27,127 nucleotides of DNA from a virus (Duplodnaviria > Caudoviricetes): the IMG/VR virus record IMGVR_UViG_3300009684_000146, positions 1 through 27,127 of that record; one strand, given 5' to 3'. A program made the position numbers and the translations under genes. The notes under the pieces are model-generated. The model was not told where the DNA came from. It was given only the letters and a program-made list of their open reading frames with translations, and did not search any database. Below are positions 9,432 through 18,210 of this stretch, one piece after another; the first letter of the stretch is position 1; each line of letters opens with the position of its first letter.

Positions 9432-10387
9432 TACTGCAAATTTAATCTTTTTTTGGCGGAGTTCTCAATCCACCTCCAATACAAGTAAGAACACCTGTTT
9501 GGATCTAATCCTTTTATATCCAATCCGATTGGATCTACATTGACATATTTGCCCTTTACAAACATACCAGTGCTGTCATCTATGGCTCCGGCATTATGAT
9601 AAAAGCTAACTTTGTCCCATCTTGGTGCGCCACACGTTGCCCATGCAAAGTCAAACTCTGGCACAACTTTAGTTTCTATGCCTCGTTTCCATAAACACCA
9701 TAGCTCGGCCCACATACTGGCACACCATATCTGCACACCGTAAGGGTCACCGTGTTTCTTTTTATCTTTTAGTTCTCCAAGGCCAAAGTACAGCGCATTG
9801 CTAATATCCTCAACCTCTTGCCAGTAATCAGCGTCAACGCCCTTCAGTAGTTTTTGTGCACCACCGCTCATCATTTCGTTGGCTTCAACAATATGATGGT
9901 CAATGCCAGCTAACTCACACATTTTTAAGAAGACATCTTCGCCCTTACTTTTGATATACTTTGCGCCAATATAACTTATCGTATCGGATAAATAGCAGAT
10001 ATTATCGTATCTATGCGTATCAAAATTCATCGGCCTTGTAAATAAAAAATCACAATCGTGATAAAAGATGTCACAGTTATCTGGAAATTTGTGACACACT
10101 TTCTTTAATATATGCGGCTGTATAGATGGCGCATAACCTTTGTTATCTCTCGTGTCCTCTGCGTAAATTAAATTTACTTTTGGATACATTCTCTGGCATC
10201 TCAGCCAAGATGCCGGCAAATCAATGTCTATGGCTGCGACAACATAAATATCCTTCTCATCTATTCCCATAGATGTAAAGTTATTTAAGTAAACCTCAAC
10301 CTGCCAGGCATAATAATCCGTGGCAGGTTGGGCTGAGAGATAGATTAAGGGCAATCTAGTGCTGATATCCATTGTGTGCCGTCCCAC
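9431..10387 (-). CDS. GT-A fold glycosyltransferase resembling peptide O-glycosyltransferases (HPAT/GT95, SGT1/GT96-like); start uncertain (10387, 10372 or TTG 10354)
   Basis: YYAWQVEVY near the N-terminus, YAPSIQPHIL, a DxD motif in IFYHDCDFLFTRP, QIWCASMWAELW and a C-terminal FYHNAG. The motif order parallels the Y-x-x-WQ / DxD / W-x-x-EMY / H pattern of plant protein O-glycosyltransferases. Confidence 0.7.
   Translation of the reverse strand: MGRHTMDISTRLPLIYLSAQPATDYYAWQVEVYLNNFTSMGIDEKDIYVVAAIDIDLPASWLRCQRMYPKVNLIYAEDTRDNKGYAPSIQPHILKKVCHKFPDNCDIFYHDCDFLFTRPMNFDTHRYDNICYLSDTISYIGAKYIKSKGEDVFLKMCELAGIDHHIVEANEMMSGGAQKLLKGVDADYWQEVEDISNALYFGLGELKDKKKHGDPYGVQIWCASMWAELWCLWKRGIETKVVPEFDFAWATCGAPRWDKVSFYHNAGAIDDSTGMFVKGKYVNVDPIGLDIKGLDPNRCSYLYWRWIENSAKKRLNLQ
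9437..9444 (-). promoter_or_regulatory. Candidate -7 promoter element TAAATTTG
   Basis: TAAATTTG-CAGTA-ATG, within the last codons of the glycosyltransferase gene and 5 nt before the ATG at 9431. Confidence 0.55.
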
Positions 10388-13300
10388 TGAAACGTTGCGA
10401 ATACTCCACCTAAGTCTCTCTTATACCATCCAGAGGGCGCAAGTATTGTTCCTCCAGCATTGGTGTATAAAGATCCTGTAGAGCCAAAGTTATTGGTATA
10501 GTAGTATCCAGTGAATGCGCTTGACGCACATGATGCGCCAGACGTTAATCCAAACGCTAAGCTTACATTGTAAACAGGAGGCGCTGTTGTTGTGGTGGTT
10601 GTTGTACTTGTAGTTGTACTTGTTGTTGTACTCGTGGTTGTACTTGTCGTTGTACTTGTAGTTGTTGTAGTGGTTGCGCAGTTATACTTTGCAAGAACTA
10701 ATCCTGTAATAGATATCTGTAAGGCGTATTTGTTTGCGCCTTCATTTACATAATACCACTTATTCAATCCATTGAACGGCAAAGTACCTATTGAGTTGGT
10801 ATAGATGAAGTCTCCAAGCGCAGGATATGCGCTAGCTCCGTTATGGTAAAATGTAGTTGAGTTTACACCTAAAGAACAAGAACTATACTGAGTGCTATAT
10901 CCCGTTAAATCCATAAGGTATCCAGTGAATACAGGCGCAGTCGTTGTTGTGGTTGTTGTAGTCGTCGTGGTAGTTGTTGTACCAATACACGTTGCACAGT
11001 TTGCGTAAAGAACTCTTGGATTAGGAATTAAATACCCATAAGGCTGAGCTGATACAGCCGCAGTGATTGTCCAGCAGTTTCCGTCAGACGACTTCAATAC
11101 ATTTCCTACTGATATTGATTGAGAATAAGCATCTAGCAATATGTCACTGTATGTAGTACCGCACAATGTTGCGCTATAATAATTACCTGCTGGCAAAGTA
11201 GTAGTGGTCGTTGTGGTTCCGCAATTAAATACGTCAACTACGTTACCAATATTATCAACCTTTATTGCCTGACCATTGTTTATTAAGTACCATTTGTTAT
11301 TGCCTGCCAATGGCGTAGCACCATTTTGATCTTCGTAAACAATGTCATCAACCCTTGGGAATACTGTGTATCCATTTGAGTACATAGTGACAAATGTAGG
11401 CACAGCAATAGCGCAGCACAATGATGCGCTCACTTGATTATTAACCTTATCCACTTGAATAGGTACATAATTTACCGGTTGATTATTGACAGTGATTGTA
11501 AATGTGTTTGGTGTACTTGTTCCTACGCAATTAGTTACTGTCACAGTTAAGTTATATTGCCCAAATCCAGACGCTGTCCCAGAAATTAATCCTGTTGCAG
11601 TGTCAAGTGTTAACCCTGCTGGCATACTATTGTTTTGACAAGGACCTACTAGCGAGAAGGTTACGTCTGATCCAGTTACAACTGATATTGTACCAGTAAC
11701 ATAGCATTTATAGAGAACTTGACCAACATTAACCACAACATTCTCATACAATAATGTATTTGGGTTCTGACCAGTAACAACGCCACCAACTATTCCACCA
11801 TCAATGGCATAGTTAGACGATGTAGTTGACACAGCAAAACTTGTCGGGTTATTTGTTGCAGCTATTTTAATGCTTACATCATTACCTTGGATGAATTCTA
11901 CATTGCCTTGAATAACAACTGGTACAGCAACTTCAGTACATCCGCAAGCGGTTACTGATAGAACAACACCAAAGTTATCAATCATTAACGCATAACCAGA
12001 GATATAGTAATACTTACTGTCTCCAGCAAACAATGTTGTTCCGGTAGAATTAGTGTAAATAATGTTTCCTTCAGAAGGTATGCTATTTTGTCCATTATAA
12101 TATATAGTTGTACTTGTGCTTCCTCCGCACGCAAGTGCTGAAGTAGTATAAGGCGTTGTCCCCATTGCAATTGACCTCAGTGTAGTTGCGTATGTTTGGA
12201 ATGACCATGTTGTGCTGGCAATAGGAGAGTAAACATACAAGAAATAACTTCCTGTTGTTTGCTTAACTTGTGTCAAGAACCCTACACCATTATTAACGGA
12301 GCCATTGTACGGTGAGCTTAAGTTTATATTGTCAACGCCCAATGCAACCAATGCATTATAGTTTGCTAAACTGTTTAGTCCAACATATCCACTATCATTT
12401 ATTAAGTTGTTGTTTGCATCATACAAAACAAACCTAGAAGCACCAACACCTGCGTTGTATTTTAACTGCACATTCCCTACGCTTGAACCATAGTTAAGCT
12501 CAATAATTTCAGGGTTCAATGTACCAGATGATGTAGACGATCCAACACTTGGAATGTTTACTTTGTTTCTATAGTCCCAAGTTAAGTATAAATTAGTACC
12601 ATTCGCTGCATAGTTAAAGTTTGCATTGTAAACTCCTGCGCTATAAACTGGTGTAATCTCAGTAGATGCTGCAATCAATGAATCTACGTTTGCAGGGTCA
12701 TAGGTTGCATTTGTATCTAACGAATATACTTTGTTACCCAAGCTTGGATTAAATATCTTTATATTGGATCCTTGTGCGTTTGTAGGTTCGGTGTAAGATG
12801 TAAGTGTAACAGTATCTCCAATCGCTGGGATATTGCCCTGTCCTACCACGCCAACGCTTTGAGAATATAATGACAATCCAGTTGGTTGCATTACTACGTT
12901 TGAGTACAAAGCCCCTGATGATCCTGAGCTTGTCCAATTCACGTTCTGTTGTGTTTGTGCGCCACGTTGAGATATTTGACCACCATTAGCAACCACAACT
13001 GTCTTAATAACAGCAGGCTTGTTAGACTGAGTCAATATCACGTCTTGGAATGTTCCGCAGGCATTCACTCTAATCCTTATAGACCTTGAAGCACCGGCAC
13101 CAATGTTTGACGTAAGCGTAACTTTAATAAGCTTATTACCTGTGTCAGCAACTTGAGAAAGCGTAGCCCATCCAGTTCCAAAACCATTGTCAATCAATGA
13201 CACAGTCCAGTTCTGAGATGCAGTGATAATAAATGTGTCATACGTTCCGGCAGTTCCTTCGATGAAGAAAACTGTTTTGTTGACAGAGTATGTACACAAG

Positions 13301-16300
13301 TTCACAGTCTTTGTGTTGCTTGTTAATACATACACGGCATCATAAGGATCATATGCACCAATCTTTTGTGTGTCTGGCCCACTTGAGAATAAATCTCTAA
13401 ACCAGTCTCTCATGCCTTGAGAAGATATCTCAAACAATCCAGACTCGTCAAGCTTCATCGCTGTGCCTCTTCTGGCATCAGTAAAGAAGATGTCAGATCC
13501 CCACTTCGCAAAACTCTCAGGGTTCAAGCTAATACCATATTCGCCCATATAAGGCACGGGGGTACCAAGTACTTCAGGAATAGAAGATATTGCGCCTCCG
13601 CCAATAGCATCGCTTAGTAAGTTTTTCTCGTAAAGAACTCTAAATACTTTATTTTCTTGAAATACAACTAAGTCAGTATCTCTTGAGTGCAGCTTTTGAA
13701 TGGAGCCATATGCTCTATCCAAAAACTTGAAGTTAGCTTTCGATAAGTTGAACTCATTCAATCTGTTAGTAGATGTCTCAGACTGATATATTTGTGAATA
13801 TGTAATGCCAGACTTCGCATTGCTTTGCGCATAGTTAGAAATGTATGAGTTAACTCTTGGAGTATTCCCCATAATAGGCTGGTTAAAATCATCTCTAACT
13901 CTATAACTCTCAACCCCATTACCAAAAGAGAATGCATTAAAGTCATTAATCTGCAATGTTGCAATACCATTTAATACTTGACCAACATCTCCAGAAATAT
14001 TTGACTTATGAAGCTTTGTAACTCCATCGGAAGCAGTTACAATAGGATATGTCGTTGGTATCTCATAGAATATCTCAGAGTTATTATCCTTTCCAATTGT
14101 TTCAAGTACTATAGGGGATTGACCAGCAGGAATATAAGTAATTTTAAATGTAATTGTATTTTGAGGAATTGAATTATAACCACCTCCATTTGAAAAATCT
14201 TTTTGACTATTTACATCATATCCTTTGATATACATTTGAATAGGATTTGGCGATAAACCATATCCATATTTTCTAAAGAAAACATTAAATGAACCATGAT
14301 TTACTCCGTCTTCAGAATATTGTTTGAATTTAGTATAAATCTGATCTTCATAAAACCACTCTTCAATATTTATATAATCAGAAGAAGCAATAAATGTTTG
14401 TTCTGGTTGATCTGCTGCGCCTTCGCTTTCAGATACATCTATTCTAATAGTATCTCCAGCTTTTATGTTATCTAAAGCTAAATGAGCAAAACCACCATCT
14501 CTTTGATTAATTGTTTTAAAGTTAATAGGTCCTCCAAAAACATTGGTTCCCCCAGAATCACTTCTACAATTTATTCTCCAAGAATCCCCAATTGTATATC
14601 CAGATGTTGATCCAAATATAATAAGGCCTACGGATCTACCAGAGGCATCTTTTAAAAGATTACCTTTCTTCAATCCTACGCTATCTTTGTTTACAGCAAT
14701 GTTTGATTCAATTGGTGTAGATAAATTAGGAAACAAAAAATAACTAAATGTGCTTATACCAGCTGTATTTGTTCCTGTTATTTTAACAACATATCTAGCG
14801 TCATTAGCTCCGTTGTAATTAGGTATGGCAGTAAGCTTATTATTGCCAGTTCCGTAAAATACTGGAGTTTCTATTGCCGTATATCCCTGATAAAATCCAA
14901 GAGTTACTTCAGGATAAAAAGTATCTCTATTATTTGCTTGTCCTTTGTTTTCAAAAACTTTTTCAGACCTGGATATTTTATTAAATAAAGATCCTTCAGA
15001 TTTAATCTTAATGTAAAATCCTTCAGGTTGAGTTGTTGGAGAGTTATTTAAGAAATTTACCGCCTTCATGTCTGCTTCAATAATCTTGTATCTTTCAGCA
15101 GAACCAGTTGCTCCAGACTCAGTAGACTTAATTGTTAAGTAAGCATCCTTTTGTACTTTGTCAATATCTGACTTAGGGATTAAGAACCAAGTATATAATC
15201 CATCTTGAAAATAATCAACCGGGAATACGTTATAATACTCTGATTTGTTTTGTTTTATAAAGAATCTATACTTTGTTGCAAAGCAAGGAGCATAGTTATT
15301 TACCTTTACTTTCAATAAGTTTTGTGCTGTAGACGCACTAGCTGGCACATGAACCGTGTTCCCATCAGAGGTAAGAACAGTTGTCATTCTGCCATAGTCA
15401 TCTAAATACACAATCCCTAACTCATAATCCCTGTCGCTTTTAAATGTTTTTCTTGGAACACCCTTAGTTACTACCGGTATAGAATTCAATTCAGCCTTAA
15501 GACTAACATTGATAGGCACTTGATTACAGTCAGCGATATCATAGAACTGAGTGTAGTTACCATAAGATAATCTGTTACCAATATACTCTTGTGCTTTTGC
15601 CTTCAATGGCACGTTGTCAAACAACCTTGTCAATTGATCTTCTGGCAAAGCAGCGTAAGCTTTGTTGTTTTGAAATTTAAACTTATTTGATAAAGCTGTC
15701 GCCTTGGTTATGTTCTCAATAATGTTTGCCGTCAATGAATAGCTGTCCTTAAATATTAACTGAACCTCTTTTACATTGCTGTCTCCAAAGTCAAAAGTAA
15801 TATCAACAGTATTGTTTGCATTGACCATTGATTTATTACTGCCTGTTCCATAGTCATATGAAAATACCTTAGGAAAAAATGCAACATCAGAGAATGGCGA
15901 TAATGCACTATATTCATTATCAAGGTACTTATATCTATAAGCAAACCTTATAAATCTCTCGCTGATATTATTTACGTCAGTACCATCATTGCTCATTACA
16001 ATTGTAGGCGCATTCAATGGAGGAGCCAAGATCACAGAGATGTCTTTGTCTGTAAACCCATCTAAGGCATATGTTCTTGTTACATTTATTTTTCTTGGTG
16101 GGTTTAATCCATCTGTCCAATACAATAAATTATCAACCAAGTTAACGCCAGTAATTAAATTATTAGTGCTAAACTTCAAATACTCAACCGGAGCTCTACC
16201 AACGCTTTCTATTAACAATATATATGTCTCTCCTGTTCCGTTTGCATTCTCATGGTATTTCACAACCATATTAAATATGCCCTTCACAAAATAGTATATA

Positions 16301-16554
16301 TTATTGTTTGCCAGATCAACATACGAACCAATCGTTGTATATGTACCTGGCAATGTTATGCCCATAGCCAATGCCGCGGCCCTTAATCCAGACACTTTGG
16401 TGTTACCCATTACATTCTGCACGGAACCAACATTGGTTGAGTCAGATGTACCTACACGGATGTTTCTGGCATCTCTATATTGGCCATTAGGTATAAGCCT
16501 CTCATCGAGGTCTTTGTTCATTATGCCAGCGGCAAAGTTTCTTTTTAATTCCAT
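10345..16554 (-). CDS. Tail stabilization (muzzle) protein, about 1080-aa core fused to a roughly 990-aa adhesin-like extension (2069 aa total)
   Basis: N-terminus MNKDLDERLIPNGQYRDARNI, LLYWTDGLNPPRKIN, FAYRYKYLDNEYSALSPFS, GNRLSYGNY, YGISLNPESFA and IGAYDPY, characteristic of crAss-like muzzle proteins. The C-terminal extension has BACON-like, Ig-like and Cys-bounded modules plus poly-Thr linkers. Confidence 0.85.
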   Translation of the reverse strand: MELKRNFAAGIMNKDLDERLIPNGQYRDARNIRVGTSDSTNVGSVQNVMGNTKVSGLRAAALAMGITLPGTYTTIGSYVDLANNNIYYFVKGIFNMVVKYHENANGTGETYILLIESVGRAPVEYLKFSTNNLITGVNLVDNLLYWTDGLNPPRKINVTRTYALDGFTDKDISVILAPPLNAPTIVMSNDGTDVNNISERFIRFAYRYKYLDNEYSALSPFSDVAFFPKVFSYDYGTGSNKSMVNANNTVDITFDFGDSNVKEVQLIFKDSYSLTANIIENITKATALSNKFKFQNNKAYAALPEDQLTRLFDNVPLKAKAQEYIGNRLSYGNYTQFYDIADCNQVPINVSLKAELNSIPVVTKGVPRKTFKSDRDYELGIVYLDDYGRMTTVLTSDGNTVHVPASASTAQNLLKVKVNNYAPCFATKYRFFIKQNKSEYYNVFPVDYFQDGLYTWFLIPKSDIDKVQKDAYLTIKSTESGATGSAERYKIIEADMKAVNFLNNSPTTQPEGFYIKIKSEGSLFNKISRSEKVFENKGQANNRDTFYPEVTLGFYQGYTAIETPVFYGTGNNKLTAIPNYNGANDARYVVKITGTNTAGISTFSYFLFPNLSTPIESNIAVNKDSVGLKKGNLLKDASGRSVGLIIFGSTSGYTIGDSWRINCRSDSGGTNVFGGPINFKTINQRDGGFAHLALDNIKAGDTIRIDVSESEGAADQPEQTFIASSDYINIEEWFYEDQIYTKFKQYSEDGVNHGSFNVFFRKYGYGLSPNPIQMYIKGYDVNSQKDFSNGGGYNSIPQNTITFKITYIPAGQSPIVLETIGKDNNSEIFYEIPTTYPIVTASDGVTKLHKSNISGDVGQVLNGIATLQINDFNAFSFGNGVESYRVRDDFNQPIMGNTPRVNSYISNYAQSNAKSGITYSQIYQSETSTNRLNEFNLSKANFKFLDRAYGSIQKLHSRDTDLVVFQENKVFRVLYEKNLLSDAIGGGAISSIPEVLGTPVPYMGEYGISLNPESFAKWGSDIFFTDARRGTAMKLDESGLFEISSQGMRDWFRDLFSSGPDTQKIGAYDPYDAVYVLTSNTKTVNLCTYSVNKTVFFIEGTAGTYDTFIITASQNWTVSLIDNGFGTGWATLSQVADTGNKLIKVTLTSNIGAGASRSIRIRVNACGTFQDVILTQSNKPAVIKTVVVANGGQISQRGAQTQQNVNWTSSGSSGALYSNVVMQPTGLSLYSQSVGVVGQGNIPAIGDTVTLTSYTEPTNAQGSNIKIFNPSLGNKVYSLDTNATYDPANVDSLIAASTEITPVYSAGVYNANFNYAANGTNLYLTWDYRNKVNIPSVGSSTSSGTLNPEIIELNYGSSVGNVQLKYNAGVGASRFVLYDANNNLINDSGYVGLNSLANYNALVALGVDNINLSSPYNGSVNNGVGFLTQVKQTTGSYFLYVYSPIASTTWSFQTYATTLRSIAMGTTPYTTSALACGGSTSTTIYYNGQNSIPSEGNIIYTNSTGTTLFAGDSKYYYISGYALMIDNFGVVLSVTACGCTEVAVPVVIQGNVEFIQGNDVSIKIAATNNPTSFAVSTTSSNYAIDGGIVGGVVTGQNPNTLLYENVVVNVGQVLYKCYVTGTISVVTGSDVTFSLVGPCQNNSMPAGLTLDTATGLISGTASGFGQYNLTVTVTNCVGTSTPNTFTITVNNQPVNYVPIQVDKVNNQVSASLCCAIAVPTFVTMYSNGYTVFPRVDDIVYEDQNGATPLAGNNKWYLINNGQAIKVDNIGNVVDVFNCGTTTTTTTLPAGNYYSATLCGTTYSDILLDAYSQSISVGNVLKSSDGNCWTITAAVSAQPYGYLIPNPRVLYANCATCIGTTTTTTTTTTTTTTAPVFTGYLMDLTGYSTQYSSCSLGVNSTTFYHNGASAYPALGDFIYTNSIGTLPFNGLNKWYYVNEGANKYALQISITGLVLAKYNCATTTTTTSTTTSTTTSTTTSTTTSTTTTTTTAPPVYNVSLAFGLTSGASCASSAFTGYYYTNNFGSTGSLYTNAGGTILAPSGWYKRDLGGVFATFQWDGTQWISALDCP
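10585..10674 (-). repeat. 30-codon Thr/Ser tract T6-(STTT)4-S-T7
   Basis: Read directly from the sequence; mixed ACA/ACT/ACC/ACG codons. Confidence 0.95.
10939..10980 (-). repeat. Poly-Thr tract (T14)
   Basis: 14 consecutive ACN codons using all four Thr codons. Confidence 0.95.
11197..11217 (-). repeat. Poly-Thr tract (T7)
   Basis: 7 consecutive ACN codons. Confidence 0.95.
13027..13296 (-). other. BACON-like domain inside the 2069-aa tail protein
   Basis: ITASQNWTVS...WATLS...TGN..IKVTLTSN....RSIRIRV.....VILTQ matches the BACON pattern (two Trp, Asn, Arg, terminal V-x-Q). Confidence 0.65.
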
Positions 16555-16556
16555 AG

Positions 16557-17450
16557 TTATTTAATCCACTTATCTCTACCACGAAGAACCATTAATAATC
16601 TTCCTGGCTTAAGGTTACTCAATCTAATTTTAGCATTTCTTAGCATCGCTGACTTCTCTTCTCTTGCGCGCCTTACAATGTACTCCTGAACGCCAATTCT
16701 GTTGTTTAGAATGCACCATTTGATGTAAGAGTAAATAAACTCTTCAGCAAACTTGTGAACCTTTAATTGTGATGGATCTGTGCTCTCAAGACCATCAGAG
16801 ATATACTCAAGCACAATCAATCTGCCTGATACAGCTGAAGAGAAGTTAATCACACCAGATGCTTTGTCAATTACAAACTTAGGGTTGACATTTGCTTCAC
16901 TTGTCTCCATACCAAAGCGTCCGCCAATTCCATATCTAAAATACCAGTAGCCATCATAGAACCAACCCTCTCTTCCATAGTACCATCCATCAATGTAAGC
17001 AATTTCCATTGCTGTGTTCTTGATGCGTGAGATATCTAATTCAGATTGACCAGTAAGAATGTTACCGTCTTGGTCATAGATAAAATCATCTTTGCTGTCT
17101 TGCAAGTATGCGCTGGCATAATTAACAGTTGTGTTTTCTGTTAACTTGAACAACACACCATTCGCTTCTAAAGAAATTCTAATATAGTCAACATAGTCAG
17201 GAGGTAAGATGAACTTCAAATCATCCTTTACCTTCATCTCAAGAACCTTCTTGTTTCTTAATGCGTCATAGTTTAGCTCCTGCAATGCTCTCTTTGCATG
17301 GAACAACACATTATAACGCGTTGCATTGTCAATCAATTTGTCAGGCCCAACATACATAAGCATGAAGTTGTTGACAATATCAGCCAATGTTGTATTCTGC
17401 CCTTCACCCCAAAGGTTTGAGTCGTTGTAATATTCTTGGTTTGTTGACAT
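16557..17450 (-). CDS. Tail ring / adaptor (tubular) protein (297 aa)
   Basis: AKRALQELNYD, FILPPDYVDYIRIS and LIVLEYISDGL...VHKFAEEFIYSYI motifs; located directly upstream of the muzzle gene as in crAss-like phages. Confidence 0.65.
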   Translation of the reverse strand: MSTNQEYYNDSNLWGEGQNTTLADIVNNFMLMYVGPDKLIDNATRYNVLFHAKRALQELNYDALRNKKVLEMKVKDDLKFILPPDYVDYIRISLEANGVLFKLTENTTVNYASAYLQDSKDDFIYDQDGNILTGQSELDISRIKNTAMEIAYIDGWYYGREGWFYDGYWYFRYGIGGRFGMETSEANVNPKFVIDKASGVINFSSAVSGRLIVLEYISDGLESTDPSQLKVHKFAEEFIYSYIKWCILNNRIGVQEYIVRRAREEKSAMLRNAKIRLSNLKPGRLLMVLRGRDKWIK

Positions 17451-18139
17451 TATTGTTGTTGTTGATTATTTTGTTCCTCCGCAGTTGCTACAGCAACAAT
17501 CTCATTCTCTCTAATAGTAACTCCAGCAAACTTCAATATCTTTATAATCAAGTCGTTCTGAAATATATCAGGCACTTCAAAGTCTTTATAATCTGGAGCC
17601 GCTTGGTCAAACAATGGCGCTTGCGTTGCTGGATCTGTGTAATAAGTCCACTTCGGATCTAATGGGTATCTATTGTAAACAATTGACACGTTAGTCTGAA
17701 TCGTTGATGGATATACAGTTATAGTTGTACCAGCTTGTGAGTATGCCGGATAGTATGTCGTTGGAGCTGTGTGGTTAGAAAACAAAAAGTAAGGCAATTT
17801 GTTTTTCTCAATTCTTTCAACATCCTTAAAGCTATACAATACATTTGTTACGCTATATACATCTGTAGGCAAATTGTATATGCCGGCAGAATATGTTAAT
17901 GCAGCGCTGGTAGAAAACTTATCAATACTCTCAGACAAAAGTTTGGCAATGTCCGAGCTGCCACTATACGATACCCCTGTATTCCTCTTAACAAGCCACT
18001 TATTGTATTGATAGAACATATCTTCAAATACTTCTAATTGTGCTTGTCTGGCAAATGCATTAAACTCATCAGGAGTAAGATATCCATTGTTATCCTTGTT
18101 AAGGAAGAACATTACGGTATTTCTTACGTTATTTATCAT
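17450..18139 (-). CDS. Tail tubular / ring protein, P22 gp4-like (229 aa)
   Basis: LNKDNNGYLTPDEFNAFARQAQLEVF N-terminus, YNLPTD, ITVYP, YNRYP and a C-terminal LIIKILKFAGVTIRE helix; consistent gene order. Confidence 0.7.
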   Translation of the reverse strand: MINNVRNTVMFFLNKDNNGYLTPDEFNAFARQAQLEVFEDMFYQYNKWLVKRNTGVSYSGSSDIAKLLSESIDKFSTSAALTYSAGIYNLPTDVYSVTNVLYSFKDVERIEKNKLPYFLFSNHTAPTTYYPAYSQAGTTITVYPSTIQTNVSIVYNRYPLDPKWTYYTDPATQAPLFDQAAPDYKDFEVPDIFQNDLIIKILKFAGVTIRENEIVAVATAEEQNNQQQQ

Positions 18140-18146
18140 TGTATCG

Positions 18147-18154
18147 CAAAGATA
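18147..18154 (-). promoter_or_regulatory. Bacteroidota -7 promoter element TATCTTTG
   Basis: TATCTTTG-CGATACA-ATG (7-nt spacer), immediately after a terminator U-tract. Confidence 0.7.
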
Positions 18155-18156
18155 AT

Positions 18157-18184
18157 AAAAAAATAGCAGGGACTTGCCCTGCTA
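18157..18184 (-). terminator. Rho-independent terminator after the 97-aa gene
   Basis: TAGCAGGG-CAAGT-CCCTGCTA hairpin (8-bp stem) followed by T7. Confidence 0.85.
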
Positions 18185-18210
18185 CTTTAATGAATGAAAG
18201 AAAGAAAAAA

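Larger units (their letters stand above)
10351..12129 (-). repeat. Four Cys-bounded beta-rich repeat modules of about 60-68 aa (11944-12129, 11221-11418, 10678-10878, 10351-10530)
   Basis: Shared pattern C...Y-x-NG...P-x-x-G-D-x-IYTN-x-x-GT...G-x-x-KWY...ID-x-x-G-x-V...C, with the fourth copy more degenerate. Confidence 0.8.

Noticed and set aside
10585-10980. (GTT/GTA)n-like DNA repeats as a CRISPR array, DGR target or microsatellite
   Set aside because: There is no repeat-spacer structure and no template/variable repeat pair or reverse transcriptase in the window. The repeats are explained by Thr codons.
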